Source of the DNA: Dehalococcoidia bacterium
GTDB lineage: Bacteria > Chloroflexota > Dehalococcoidia > Lucifugimonadales > JAGWBF01
DNA length: 54,749 bases
Assembly (NCBI GenBank): GCA_021296025.1
Contig: JAGWBF010000003.1
Location: 1-54,749, forward strand
Direction: 5' to 3'
A model generated the notes under the pieces. It did not search any database. It was not told where the DNA came from and saw only the letters and a program-made list of their open reading frames with translations. Below are positions 40,248-48,622 of this stretch, in pieces. The stretch's first letter is position 1. Each line of letters opens with the position of its first letter. The position numbers were made by a program, and so were the translations under genes.

Positions 40248-41741
40248 TTAGGCCCCCTTTGCCAGGGTACCCAATGCCCCTTCTATGCGCCTTACGCAGC
40301 GCTCCTTGCCCAGCACTTCCATGGTGGCGAACAGGGGAGGTGAAGCTGTCCTGCCGGTGAGGACCATGCGCAGCATGCCGAAGTAACGGCTGGCCGAGAG
40401 TCCCATCTCGGCAGCGGCTGCCGTGAACCACTCCTCCAGGACCTCGTGGTCGAACTCCTTGGCACCCTCCATAATGTCCAATCCACGCTTAAGCGCAGCT
40501 ACGGCAGTTTCAGGTTCTCTCACCCGGTCCAGTATCTCTTCGGCGCGGGGATTCACGTTGTCCAGAAAGAAGTAGCTAGCAGCCTCGGCCACGCTTCCCG
40601 CGTTGTCCAACCCCCCGCCCAGGGTCCTTATCCGCTCTTGCAGCAGGGGGACGAGCTTCAGCAGATAGTCCCGGTCCACGGGGGTGCACTCCCCAGGCAG
40701 GTCCTTCTCCAGGTAGGGCAAGACCGCGTCGGCCAGCTCCTCAGAGGACATCTGCCGGATGTACACCCCGTTCATCCACTGGAGCTTCTCGATATCGAAG
40801 ATTGCCGCCGAGCGGACGATGCGGTCTGCGTCGAAGCTATGCACCAGCATCTCCCGGGACATCACCTCCGTCTTGTCATCCAGGGACCATCCCAGCAGGG
40901 CCATGAAGTTTACCATCGCATCCGGCAGGAACCCTTCGGACCTGTACTGGAGGGCTGATGAAGCCCCGTGGCGCTTGGACAGCTTGGACCTGTCGGGCCC
41001 CAGGATTATGGGCAGGTGGGCGAATACGGGGGGCGTATATCCCAGGGAGCTGTACAGATGGACATGGAGCGGGGTGCTGGACAGCCACTCCTCGGCCCGG
41101 AGGACATGGCTGATGTCCATCAGGTGGTCATCGACGACGTTGGCTAGGTGGTAGGTCGGATAACCGTCGGACTTCAGCAGGATATGGTCATCCAGGAGGT
41201 CGTTGCGCCACACAACATCACCCCGGATGATGTCATGGAAGTCCGTCTCTCCCTCCCTGGGCATCCTGAAGCGGACCGCCGGGACTAGACCCTGGGAATC
41301 CAAACGGTCTCGCTCAGCGGGACTCAGGTCCCGGCAGTGGCCATCGTACCCTCTTGAGCCCTTCTGCCCCCTTCTCGACCGGCGCATCTCTTCCAACCGG
41401 TCCGGGGAGCAGTAGCAGTGGTAGGCGCTCCCGTCCTCCACCAGCCTCTGGGCCGCCTCGTGGTAGATGTCCAGCCTCTGGGACTGGAAGTAGGGAGCGT
41501 GAGGGCCTCCCACCTCGGGGCCTTCATCCCAGTCCAAGCCAAGCCAGCGCAGGGATTCCTGGATCTTGCCCAAGGCCCCGGCGGAGTAGCGCTTCTGGTC
41601 GGTGTCTTCCACCCGGAGGATGAATGACCCACCATGATGGCGGGCAAATAGCCAGTTGAAGAGGGCTGTGCGCAGGTTGCCTATGTGGGGGTCCCCTGTG
41701 GGACTGGGTGCGTAGCGCACCCTCACGCTGCTTCCAGGCAC
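40248..41741 (-). CDS. gltX: Glutamate--tRNA ligase
   Basis: RVRYAPSPTGDPHIGNLRTALFNW (HIGN) and KLSKRHG (KMSKS-type). 497 aa. Confidence 0.92.
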   Translation of the reverse strand: MPGSSVRVRYAPSPTGDPHIGNLRTALFNWLFARHHGGSFILRVEDTDQKRYSAGALGKIQESLRWLGLDWDEGPEVGGPHAPYFQSQRLDIYHEAAQRLVEDGSAYHCYCSPDRLEEMRRSRRGQKGSRGYDGHCRDLSPAERDRLDSQGLVPAVRFRMPREGETDFHDIIRGDVVWRNDLLDDHILLKSDGYPTYHLANVVDDHLMDISHVLRAEEWLSSTPLHVHLYSSLGYTPPVFAHLPIILGPDRSKLSKRHGASSALQYRSEGFLPDAMVNFMALLGWSLDDKTEVMSREMLVHSFDADRIVRSAAIFDIEKLQWMNGVYIRQMSSEELADAVLPYLEKDLPGECTPVDRDYLLKLVPLLQERIRTLGGGLDNAGSVAEAASYFFLDNVNPRAEEILDRVREPETAVAALKRGLDIMEGAKEFDHEVLEEWFTAAAAEMGLSASRYFGMLRMVLTGRTASPPLFATMEVLGKERCVRRIEGALGTLAKGA

Positions 41742-42622
41742 CTTATCACCTCATTCATGTCCTCGGGCAGGGGAGCCGTAAAGGTCATCTCCTCGCCTGT
41801 GGTCGGGTGCATGAAGCCAAGGCTGTAGGCGTGCAGGAACTGCCTTGGCAGCAGGGGACTGGTCTTTCCGTAGAGGCCATCTCCAAGAAGGGGATGCCCG
41901 ATGGCTGCAAAGTGGACCCGGATCTGGTGGGTTCGGCCCGTTTGGGGGAACACGTTCATTAGCGAGCAACCGCCGATGCTGCGGACAACCTCGTAGCTGG
42001 TAACGGAATCCCGGCCTCCTTCCACCACCGCCATTCGCTTGCGGTTTATTCTATCCCTGCCTATAGGGTACCGCAGGGTTCCCTTAGCGGGCAAAACCTC
42101 ACCCACAGCCAGGGCCCGGTACATCTTGGACATGCTCCTGGAGGCCAGCTGCCTGGCCAGGTGCTGGTGGGCCGCCGTGGTCTTGGCCACAACCATCACG
42201 CCCGAGGTGTCCTTGTCCAGCCGGTGAACGATGCCCGGCCGGACGGTATCTCCGATGCCTGCAATGTCGGGGCATATGGACAGAAGAGCGTTCACCAGCG
42301 TCCCCGACGGATGGCCGGGACCGGGATGGACGGAGAGCCCCGGCGGCTTGTCAACCACAGCCAGGTCCGCATCCTGGTACAGAAGGTTGACGGCGATGTC
42401 TTCGGGCTGGAGGGCCGAAGGTTGGGGCTCGGGCAGACCGACCTCCACCTCATCCCCTGCATTAAGCTTTTGCCCCGGCTTGGAGGTGCTGCCGTTCACC
42501 AGCACATGACCATTCCCAATTAGCTGGCGGACCTGAGACCTGGTCAGGCCGGGCCTCTGAGAGACCAGGTAGATGTCCAGTCTCTCCTGGCGGTATGAGA
42601 CCTGCAGCGTAAAGGTCTCCAT
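41723..42622 (-). CDS. rluD: RluA-family 23S rRNA pseudouridine synthase (RluD-like) with an S4 domain
   Basis: S4 domain RLDIYLVSQRPGLTRSQVRQLI and catalytic HRLDKDTSGVMVVAKT. The ATG at 42622 lies 2 nt after the lspA stop. The upstream part of the track ORF overlaps lspA out of frame. Confidence 0.88.
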   Translation of the reverse strand: METFTLQVSYRQERLDIYLVSQRPGLTRSQVRQLIGNGHVLVNGSTSKPGQKLNAGDEVEVGLPEPQPSALQPEDIAVNLLYQDADLAVVDKPPGLSVHPGPGHPSGTLVNALLSICPDIAGIGDTVRPGIVHRLDKDTSGVMVVAKTTAAHQHLARQLASRSMSKMYRALAVGEVLPAKGTLRYPIGRDRINRKRMAVVEGGRDSVTSYEVVRSIGGCSLMNVFPQTGRTHQIRVHFAAIGHPLLGDGLYGKTSPLLPRQFLHAYSLGFMHPTTGEEMTFTAPLPEDMNEVIRCLEAA

Positions 42623-42624
42623 GG

Positions 42625-43293
42625 TCACTGGGCCCCTCGGTTCCCGTAGGTCACGCCACATCCCGGGCACAGCCACACCCCTCCGGTGTAGCGCACTTCG
42701 GTGTTGCACAAAGGGCACCCTAGTAGTAGCGCGGTTCCCAGGTCCCCTTGGACCATGCCTGCGCTTCTGTCCACGGTAAGCGAAACCCCACCCTTTGCTC
42801 CATAGGGCCGTGGTTGGCCTGTTCTCTCCTGCTTGTTGGGAGACAGAAGCAGGAAAAGCAGCAGAAGGATGCCCACCACAATAGATGCGTCCGCCACGTT
42901 GAATATCGGCCACGGTCCGACGTCTATAAAGTCTGTGACCGCCCCCAGCCTTATCCTGTCCACCAGGTTGCCCAAGGCTCCTCCCAGCTGCAGGCCCAAG
43001 CTCAGGCGCAGCAAGGGACTGGACAGGGCGTGGCTGCGATACAGGAAGAAGAGTATCCCGATGGCAACAAAGGAGGCCAACACCAGCACCATCGTCTGGT
43101 CGGGGAAGAGGCCAAAAGCCCCTCCGGTATTGGAAGTCAGAGTGATCCGGAAGAAACCATCGTAAGGCACCGATTGACCATAGAAGAGACGGTTAAGGAC
43201 TATGGCCTTGGACACCTGGTCCAAGCTGAAGGCTGAGCTGGCTGCCAGCAGGAAGAAGGGGTCTTTTACCCAGGACACCCATCCTGGATTCAA
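42625..43293 (-). CDS. lspA: Lipoprotein signal peptidase II fused to a C-terminal C4 zinc-ribbon tail
   Basis: LspA core (NTGGAFG, GGALGNLVDR, FNVADASIVVG) followed by ~70 extra residues ending in GCPLCNTEVRYTGGVWLCPGCGVTYG. Confidence 0.85.
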   Translation of the reverse strand: MNPGWVSWVKDPFFLLAASSAFSLDQVSKAIVLNRLFYGQSVPYDGFFRITLTSNTGGAFGLFPDQTMVLVLASFVAIGILFFLYRSHALSSPLLRLSLGLQLGGALGNLVDRIRLGAVTDFIDVGPWPIFNVADASIVVGILLLLFLLLSPNKQERTGQPRPYGAKGGVSLTVDRSAGMVQGDLGTALLLGCPLCNTEVRYTGGVWLCPGCGVTYGNRGAQ

Positions 43294-43342
43294 GGTGTGC
43301 TCCTAGGGAAACCTCGACAGGAAAACAAGAGGGTTCGCAACT

Positions 43343-43987
43343 TTACTTTACCAGGTGGGGAGCAAGGAACCGGGCAACCTCGTCGGCGGCGCTGTTCTCG
43401 AGGCCTGCCCACACATGATTAGCTCCGGGTATGATTCTCAGCTCGGCGCCCTCCAAATTCCCAGCCACCGCTTCTTGCAGGGACTCGCTATTCACCACCT
43501 GGTCCCTGTCGCCGCTTATCACCAGCTTGGGCACCCCAGATTTGCTTTCTTTCAGGCCTTCGAAGGCCCTGAGGGGAGGCGAGACCAGGGCCATGGCCTT
43601 GATGCGCCCGTACCCTCCCAACCCTACCAGGGACACCACAGCCCCGAAGGAGTATCCAACCAAGCCCAGGCGTTTGCCGTCCACGCCGGGCAGCTTGCCC
43701 AGCACCTGCAGGGCAGCGGCCACATCGTCCTTCTCTCCTTCTCCCTCGTCGTAGGCTCCCTCGCTCCGGCCAACCCCCCGGAAATTGAACCTCAGGGTCG
43801 AGATGCCCTGTTCAAGGAGGGAGCGGGAAATGGCAAGCACAAGGGAGTTATCCATGCTGCCTCCCATAAGGGGGTGGGGATGACACAGGACGACCCCCGG
43901 ACACGCGACCGCGGCGTCGCCGGGAGATGCCAGGACAGCCTCCAGGGTGAGATTGCCTGAACGGAATGAGAGCGCTGTTTGTCGCAT
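43343..43987 (-). CDS. Alpha/beta hydrolase (COG2945-like small serine hydrolase)
   Basis: 214 aa with HPHPLMGGSMDN, the nucleophile elbow GYSFGA and GANHVW. Confidence 0.8.
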   Translation of the reverse strand: MRQTALSFRSGNLTLEAVLASPGDAAVACPGVVLCHPHPLMGGSMDNSLVLAISRSLLEQGISTLRFNFRGVGRSEGAYDEGEGEKDDVAAALQVLGKLPGVDGKRLGLVGYSFGAVVSLVGLGGYGRIKAMALVSPPLRAFEGLKESKSGVPKLVISGDRDQVVNSESLQEAVAGNLEGAELRIIPGANHVWAGLENSAADEVARFLAPHLVK

Positions 43988-44090
43988 ATTCGTAATGACC
44001 CGTTGCCAGACTCATCATACTAGATTTCGCCCTAGTGTTTGGCAAGAAGTGTTGCTAGAATATTGCCCAATCCCGGCTCCGGAGGCGCAT

Positions 44091-45149
44091 ATGCCTGTCA
44101 TCGATTTGCGAAGCGACACCGTTACCAAGCCCACTGAGGAGATGAGGGCCGCTATGGCCCAAGCTGAGGTGGGCGACGACGTTATGGGGGAAGACCCTAC
44201 TGTCAACCGGCTGGAGCAGATGGCGGCTGAACTTCTGGGCAAAGAGGCGGGCCTGCTGACCTCCAGCGGCACCATGAGCAACCTGATCGCTGCCCTGTCC
44301 CACTGCAGACGCGGCGACGAGGTGATCATGGGCAGCGAGGGACACATGTTTTGGAATGAAGTAGCAGGGGCTGCCACCCTGGCCGCGGTGCAGGTGCGCA
44401 CCGTGCCCAATGATTCTCAAGGGCGCATGGACCCGGGCGATGTGGAGGCGTCCATCAGGCCCCCGGGCAACATCCACTTTCCCAGGACTTCCCTACTCTG
44501 CCTTGAAAACACCCACAATCGGTGCAACGGGGGAGTCCTCACTCCCGAGGACACCCGCAGCGTGTCCGAGGTCGCCCACGCCAACGGCGTGGCGGTCCAC
44601 CTGGACGGCGCGCGGGTGTTCAACGCCGCCGTGGCCCTGGAGGTCCCTGCCAAAGATCTGGTGGCCGATGTGGACGATGTGTCCTTCTGCCTGTCCAAGG
44701 GGCTGAGCGCTCCGGTGGGCTCCGTCCTGTGCGGCAGCCAGGAGTTCGTGGAGCAGGCCCGCAAGTGGCGCAAGATGCTGGGCGGCGGGATGCGCCAGGC
44801 CGGGGTGATTGCAGCAGCGGGCGTTGTAGCGCTGGAAACGATGGTCGATCGCCTGGCCGAAGACCACTCCAATGCCAGCCGCTTGGCCTCGGGGTTGTCC
44901 CAAGTCCCCGGAATACGCCTGGACCCAGGATCCTTCCAGACCAACATTGTATTCCTGGAGCTGGAGGCGGAGCTGGGGAGCGTCCATGAGTTCATATCCC
45001 GCCTCAACCAGCATGGCCTGAAGGTGTCCTATCCGGGTGGGCGCCGGATCCGGCTGGTAACCCACCGTCACATAAGCCCGGGGGATGTAGAACAGGCTGT
45101 GGATATTGTCGCCAAGGTCGCCAGGGAGCAGCGTAAGCCGGCGGCTTAG
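44091..45149 (+). CDS. ltaE: Low-specificity L-threonine aldolase (beta-eliminating lyase family)
   Basis: IDLRSDTVTKPTEEMRAAMAQAEVGDDVMGEDPTVNRLE. GGAGG RBS before the ATG at 44091. The PLP-lysine region is FCLSKGLSAPVGS. Confidence 0.88.
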   Translation: MPVIDLRSDTVTKPTEEMRAAMAQAEVGDDVMGEDPTVNRLEQMAAELLGKEAGLLTSSGTMSNLIAALSHCRRGDEVIMGSEGHMFWNEVAGAATLAAVQVRTVPNDSQGRMDPGDVEASIRPPGNIHFPRTSLLCLENTHNRCNGGVLTPEDTRSVSEVAHANGVAVHLDGARVFNAAVALEVPAKDLVADVDDVSFCLSKGLSAPVGSVLCGSQEFVEQARKWRKMLGGGMRQAGVIAAAGVVALETMVDRLAEDHSNASRLASGLSQVPGIRLDPGSFQTNIVFLELEAELGSVHEFISRLNQHGLKVSYPGGRRIRLVTHRHISPGDVEQAVDIVAKVAREQRKPAA

Positions 45150-45185
45150 CAAAGGCCTGCAATCATATCGCCGACCGATAACCAT

Positions 45186-45216
45186 TTGCGTGCACAGCAT
45201 CAGGATGGCATATAAT
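45186..45216 (+). promoter_or_regulatory. Candidate sigma70-type promoter for the Rieske ferredoxin gene
   Basis: TTGCGT (45186-45191), a 19-nt spacer, then TATAAT (45211-45216), ~55 nt upstream of the ATG. The spacer is longer than optimal. Confidence 0.3.
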
Positions 45217-45272
45217 ACGGGGCGTTCGCTCTGCAAGGAGATACTCAAAACCAAGATTCTGGAGGAGACAGC

Positions 45273-45590
45273 ATGCCCGCAGACTTCGTGAAGGTGGCCC
45301 AGACTTCGGACCTGGCTCCGGGGCAGATGAAGCAGGTGCAGGCCGGTGATGAGCTGATCCTGCTGATTAACCTCGACGGGGAGTACTTCGCCATGGATGA
45401 CATCTGCTCCCATGCCTATGCCCCCCTGACCCAGGGCGACCTGAACGGCGAAGAGGTGGAGTGCCCGCTGCATGGCAGCGCCTTCAACGTGAAGACCGGG
45501 GAGGTGCTGTGTCCCCCCGCCAACCAGTCCCTCGAGACCTTTGCGGTGCGCATAGAAGGGGACGACATCCTCGTCGGCCCCAAGGGCTGA
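45273..45590 (+). CDS. Rieske [2Fe-2S] ferredoxin (non-heme iron oxygenase ferredoxin component-like)
   Basis: 105 aa with CSHAYAPL...CPLHGSAF (CxH...CxxH). GGAGGAG RBS. Confidence 0.88.
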   Translation: MPADFVKVAQTSDLAPGQMKQVQAGDELILLINLDGEYFAMDDICSHAYAPLTQGDLNGEEVECPLHGSAFNVKTGEVLCPPANQSLETFAVRIEGDDILVGPKG

Positions 45591-45637
45591 AACTATGGGC
45601 ATAGCCTCGTCCCGATGAGGGGGCGCCCATTTGGGGA

Positions 45638-46375
45638 TCACCGGCCCCTGGTGTCTCCCCACAGGTAGATGTGCAGACGGGGGCTGAACCGCAGGTTTTC
45701 GTTCACGCAAAGCTGGCTCAGCCAGTCGCTCCGCTCCTGCAGCACCGAAGAGGTGCGCCCCTCGGGGGAAAGGAGCACCCGCTCCCTGGAAAGAGACATT
45801 TCATCCATAAGCCTGCGGACCTCTTCCACGTCCGATTCCCTCGTAACCACGAACTTGAAATAGGCCTGCGAGATAGCTGCGAAGGACTTTAGCGCCTCCG
45901 GGACATAGCGTTCCTCCGACGTATTCCCCGACGTGTCAAGCTTGGGAGAGACGTTCCACTGATCGATAAGCGCACCCATTTCAGGCGTGGGCGCGATGGT
46001 GCCGTTGGTCTCCACCTCGAAGGTGAATCCCCGGCCCTTAAGCGATCGGACCAGCCCAGCCATCTGGTCCTGCTGCAACATCGGCTCTCCCCCGGTGATG
46101 ACAAGATGGGAACAGCCGTATTGCAGCACCTCGTTTTCGACGTGTTCTGGCGAGAGTTCCACAACCTCTTTTTGGAAATCGTAGTTCTTCCAGTCCCAGG
46201 TGTACTTGGTGTCGCACCAGGTGCAGGCCAGGTTGCACTGGGCCAGCCTCAGAAACACCGCTGGTGTCCCCGCCATCGTACCTTCGCCCTGAAGGGTGTG
46301 AAATATCTCCGGCCTGCCTTCGGGTCGACAGCTTACTTTCAACAACGTTTCCGAAGGGTGGGAATCCGTATTCAC
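45638..46375 (-). CDS. queE: 7-carboxy-7-deazaguanine synthase (radical SAM)
   Basis: TLQGEG...CNLACTWCDTKYTW cluster motif. Last gene of the que operon. Confidence 0.88.
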   Translation of the reverse strand: MNTDSHPSETLLKVSCRPEGRPEIFHTLQGEGTMAGTPAVFLRLAQCNLACTWCDTKYTWDWKNYDFQKEVVELSPEHVENEVLQYGCSHLVITGGEPMLQQDQMAGLVRSLKGRGFTFEVETNGTIAPTPEMGALIDQWNVSPKLDTSGNTSEERYVPEALKSFAAISQAYFKFVVTRESDVEEVRRLMDEMSLSRERVLLSPEGRTSSVLQERSDWLSQLCVNENLRFSPRLHIYLWGDTRGR

Positions 46376-47121
46376 GACGTTCCGCCCTTCAACCTTACCA
46401 GCAGGGGGTCGGGGTGCCCCGCCTCTTGAAAGCCCTTTGCCCGCAGAATACAGCTGTCGCAGGTACCGCAGGGTTCAGGGCCTCCCTGGTAGCAGCTCCA
46501 GGTGTTGGTGAGGGGAGCATCTAGATCCTTGGCCCATCGGACTATCTCCCCCTTGGACAGGTGGATGATGGGGGTCTCAATATTCATCGGGATGTTGTAC
46601 TCGCTCCACAGCTTGCTCCCGTACTTTAGGACCTCTTTCATCTTCTCGAAAAACTCGGGGCGGCAATCGGGATACCCGCTGTAGTCGATAGCATTGGGGG
46701 CCATGAACAGCGTGGCCTGAATCTCATCCGCCTTCAACTTCTCCTGCTCAATGGCCCACAGAGCCTGGCTCTCCAGGTAGGCGGCGCTGACGGTGATGAA
46801 GAAGGTGTTGCGTAGGGGAACGTAGGAGCTGGGAATGGACTGGCCCATCTGGCTTGCGTCTCTTTCCTCGGGCAGGGCGATGACGTCGGGGCTGGTCAGG
46901 GCCGAATACCAGGCGACCTTCCCAAAGGACGACACATCCACCAGCTCATGGCGGATGCCCAGGGATGCGCTGACCTGGCGGGCGCTGTCCAGCTCCGTGC
47001 TGTGGATCTGGCCGTAGTAGAAGGTGAGGGCCGTCAGCCGGTCGGTCCTGTGCTTGGCATATGCCGAAACGGTGGTGGAGTCCAGCCCGCCGGAGAGCAG
47101 GGTGACGCCGATGCTGACCAT
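46372..47121 (-). CDS. queC: 7-cyano-7-deazaguanine (preQ0) synthase
   Basis: LLSGGLDSTT PP-loop and the C-terminal zinc site CYQGGPEPCGTCDSCILR. Confidence 0.9.
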   Translation of the reverse strand: MVSIGVTLLSGGLDSTTVSAYAKHRTDRLTALTFYYGQIHSTELDSARQVSASLGIRHELVDVSSFGKVAWYSALTSPDVIALPEERDASQMGQSIPSSYVPLRNTFFITVSAAYLESQALWAIEQEKLKADEIQATLFMAPNAIDYSGYPDCRPEFFEKMKEVLKYGSKLWSEYNIPMNIETPIIHLSKGEIVRWAKDLDAPLTNTWSCYQGGPEPCGTCDSCILRAKGFQEAGHPDPLLVRLKGGTS

Positions 47122-47549
47122 CAGGAGGCTGATCTATATTCAGCGTACTGGGTAGAGGACTCCCACATACGGACAGCTGCCGGTTCGATGCCGCAAAGCT
47201 CCTCGGTCTTGCGGTATATCTCCCGGGCCATCACCTCCGCCGACGGGTTCACCCCATCGAAAAGGTAGATGAACTGCTCCTTGACCCCCCGTAGAGCTTC
47301 CAAAAGCTCGCCGTCCTTGCTGTTCAACAGGAATGCGTGGTCCCAGTTGGCATCGATCCACGAGGACACCTTCTGCTTCAGCTCGCTGAAATCCACCACA
47401 AATCCCACTGAATTCAGGGCATGGGAAGCCATGAAAATTTCGACCTTGTAGTTGTGGCCGTGGGGATGGATACACTTGCCATTGTGGCCCAGGAGCCGGT
47501 GACCGGCGGAGAACTCCATCTCCACCCGGACCTGGTAGTCGTCCTTCAT
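47121..47549 (-). CDS. queD: 6-carboxy-5,6,7,8-tetrahydropterin synthase
   Basis: 142 aa with FSAGHRLLGHNGKCIHPHGHNYKVE. Confidence 0.9.
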   Translation of the reverse strand: MKDDYQVRVEMEFSAGHRLLGHNGKCIHPHGHNYKVEIFMASHALNSVGFVVDFSELKQKVSSWIDANWDHAFLLNSKDGELLEALRGVKEQFIYLFDGVNPSAEVMAREIYRKTEELCGIEPAAVRMWESSTQYAEYRSAS

Positions 47550-47571
47550 CGCCGTCGCCTGATGAGACCGC

Positions 47572-48015
47572 TCAAGAGGGCAAGCCCTCTCCTGGGTACG
47601 TGGCGGTAACGACTGTGTGCAACCCTCCCCGGACCTTGTAGTCCAGCACTACCTCCATGCAGCGGGGCTTGCACGCACCCACCAAGTCGTCCAGGATACG
47701 ATTGGCGGCGCTTTCCTGCACGATCCCCACATCCCGATAGGACAACAGGTAGTACTTTAGGGACTTTAGCTCGATGCACAGCTCGTGAGGCTCGTAGGTA
47801 ATGCTCAGCGTGCCGTAGTCGGGAAGGCCCGTCCAGGGGCACACGGCGGTGAATTCGTCGGTGTCTATGCGAACTGTGGACTCTCCACAAGAAGGCTCGT
47901 AGTCAAAGGACATAATGATGGCGCTGTCGATGGACGCCTCCGGTCCATCCTGTATGAGCCTGTCCAGGTTCTCGTAGCGTTCCTTCAGCGATTCTATAGA
48001 TGCCATGTCCGCCAC
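47572..48015 (-). CDS. queF: NADPH-dependent 7-cyano-7-deazaguanine reductase (unimodular type)
   Basis: 147 aa with the catalytic Cys context FTAVCPWTGLPDYG and the IELKSLKYYL motif. GTG at 48015 or ATG at 48006. Confidence 0.88.
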   Translation of the reverse strand: MADMASIESLKERYENLDRLIQDGPEASIDSAIIMSFDYEPSCGESTVRIDTDEFTAVCPWTGLPDYGTLSITYEPHELCIELKSLKYYLLSYRDVGIVQESAANRILDDLVGACKPRCMEVVLDYKVRGGLHTVVTATYPGEGLPS

Positions 48016-48092
48016 TTCTTCGCCCAGTCCTCCGGGATTGTGACCCAGGTATTCCTCCGAGCCAACCGGAGGTCATATCGGACGTTTATTTC

Positions 48093-48121
48093 ATGATAGG
48101 TTATGCCAAATGAGGTGTCAA
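48093..48121 (-). promoter_or_regulatory. Sigma70-like promoter of the queFDCE operon
   Basis: The minus strand reads TTGACA (48121-48116), a 17-nt spacer, then TATCAT (48098-48093). This leaves a ~70-nt leader before queF. Confidence 0.5.
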
Positions 48122-48149
48122 AACCCCTGTGTGGCTCCCTCTATCTCCC

Positions 48150-48178
48150 TTGTCATTCCTAGGGCCCTGGGGTATCCT
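48150..48178 (+). promoter_or_regulatory. Weak candidate promoter for the divergent FTR-like operon
   Basis: TTGTCA (48150-48155), a 17-nt spacer, then TATCCT (48173-48178). If used, the first gene must start downstream of 48178, for example at TTG 48232. Confidence 0.25.
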
Positions 48179-48621
48179 TGTTGTATCTGGCAGATACGGG
48201 AGGGCCCCTGGCCCAAACGGGGGAAAAGGCGTTGAAAGACCAAGCCCCAAACGGCGCAGCGGCCGAGACCGAACTGCTCCAATCTCCGGCAGAGCTGGAG
48301 GAGATACAGGAGCTTTTGAAAGAGGCGGTAGCTTCGGAGCCCTCCCTTCGCCTGTTGCCCAAATTCGGCATGGCGCGGGCCGGCAGTCCCGACTTCCACA
48401 GGACCTACTTTGCTATCCACTGCACCTGTGGGACGGCGGGTCTTGTTTGTATAGAAACAGCCAAGTCCAAGACCCTGTCCCAAGTTGAGGATGCGCTGCC
48501 TTCCCTGAAGCAGCACCTGGTGGGCAGGGCCAAGCAGTTTGCAAGCATGCCATGCTCAATGCACACCAGCATGCGCTCTGCGGGCATCCAGGCTTCAATG
48601 CCAGGAAGTGGGGGAGGCTGA
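48178..48621 (+). CDS. Uncharacterised protein, first gene of the FTR-like operon (start uncertain)
   Basis: 147-aa ORF with a coding-like helical acidic segment (ELLQSPAELEEIQELLKEAV), then a Cys/His cluster (HCTCGTAGLVC ... MPC). I recognise no family. Its TGA at 48619-48621 is 1 nt from the ATG of the next gene, and the RBS of that gene lies inside this ORF. Confidence 0.45.
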   Translation: MLYLADTGGPLAQTGEKALKDQAPNGAAAETELLQSPAELEEIQELLKEAVASEPSLRLLPKFGMARAGSPDFHRTYFAIHCTCGTAGLVCIETAKSKTLSQVEDALPSLKQHLVGRAKQFASMPCSMHTSMRSAGIQASMPGSGGG

Positions 48622-48622
48622 T

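Noticed and set aside
44493-45710. 405-aa minus-strand ORF. Similar long antisense ORFs occur at 4575..5723, 5952..6752, 7402..8289, 17589..18695, 18832..19878, 20809..21312 and 37878..38810.
   Set aside because: Each is the mirror frame of a gene with clear family motifs (ltaE/Rieske, LVIVD, SBP, hydantoinase, DUF255, icd, aminotransferase, nuoD). Their products are Gly/Arg/Pro/His-rich with no recognisable domains, which is typical of GC-rich shadow ORFs.
48016-48092. Canonical class-I preQ1 riboswitch upstream of queF.
   Set aside because: A P1-like hairpin is present, but the conserved A-rich 3' tail and pseudoknot partner are not evident. I kept it only as a low-confidence structured-leader finding that needs a covariance-model search.
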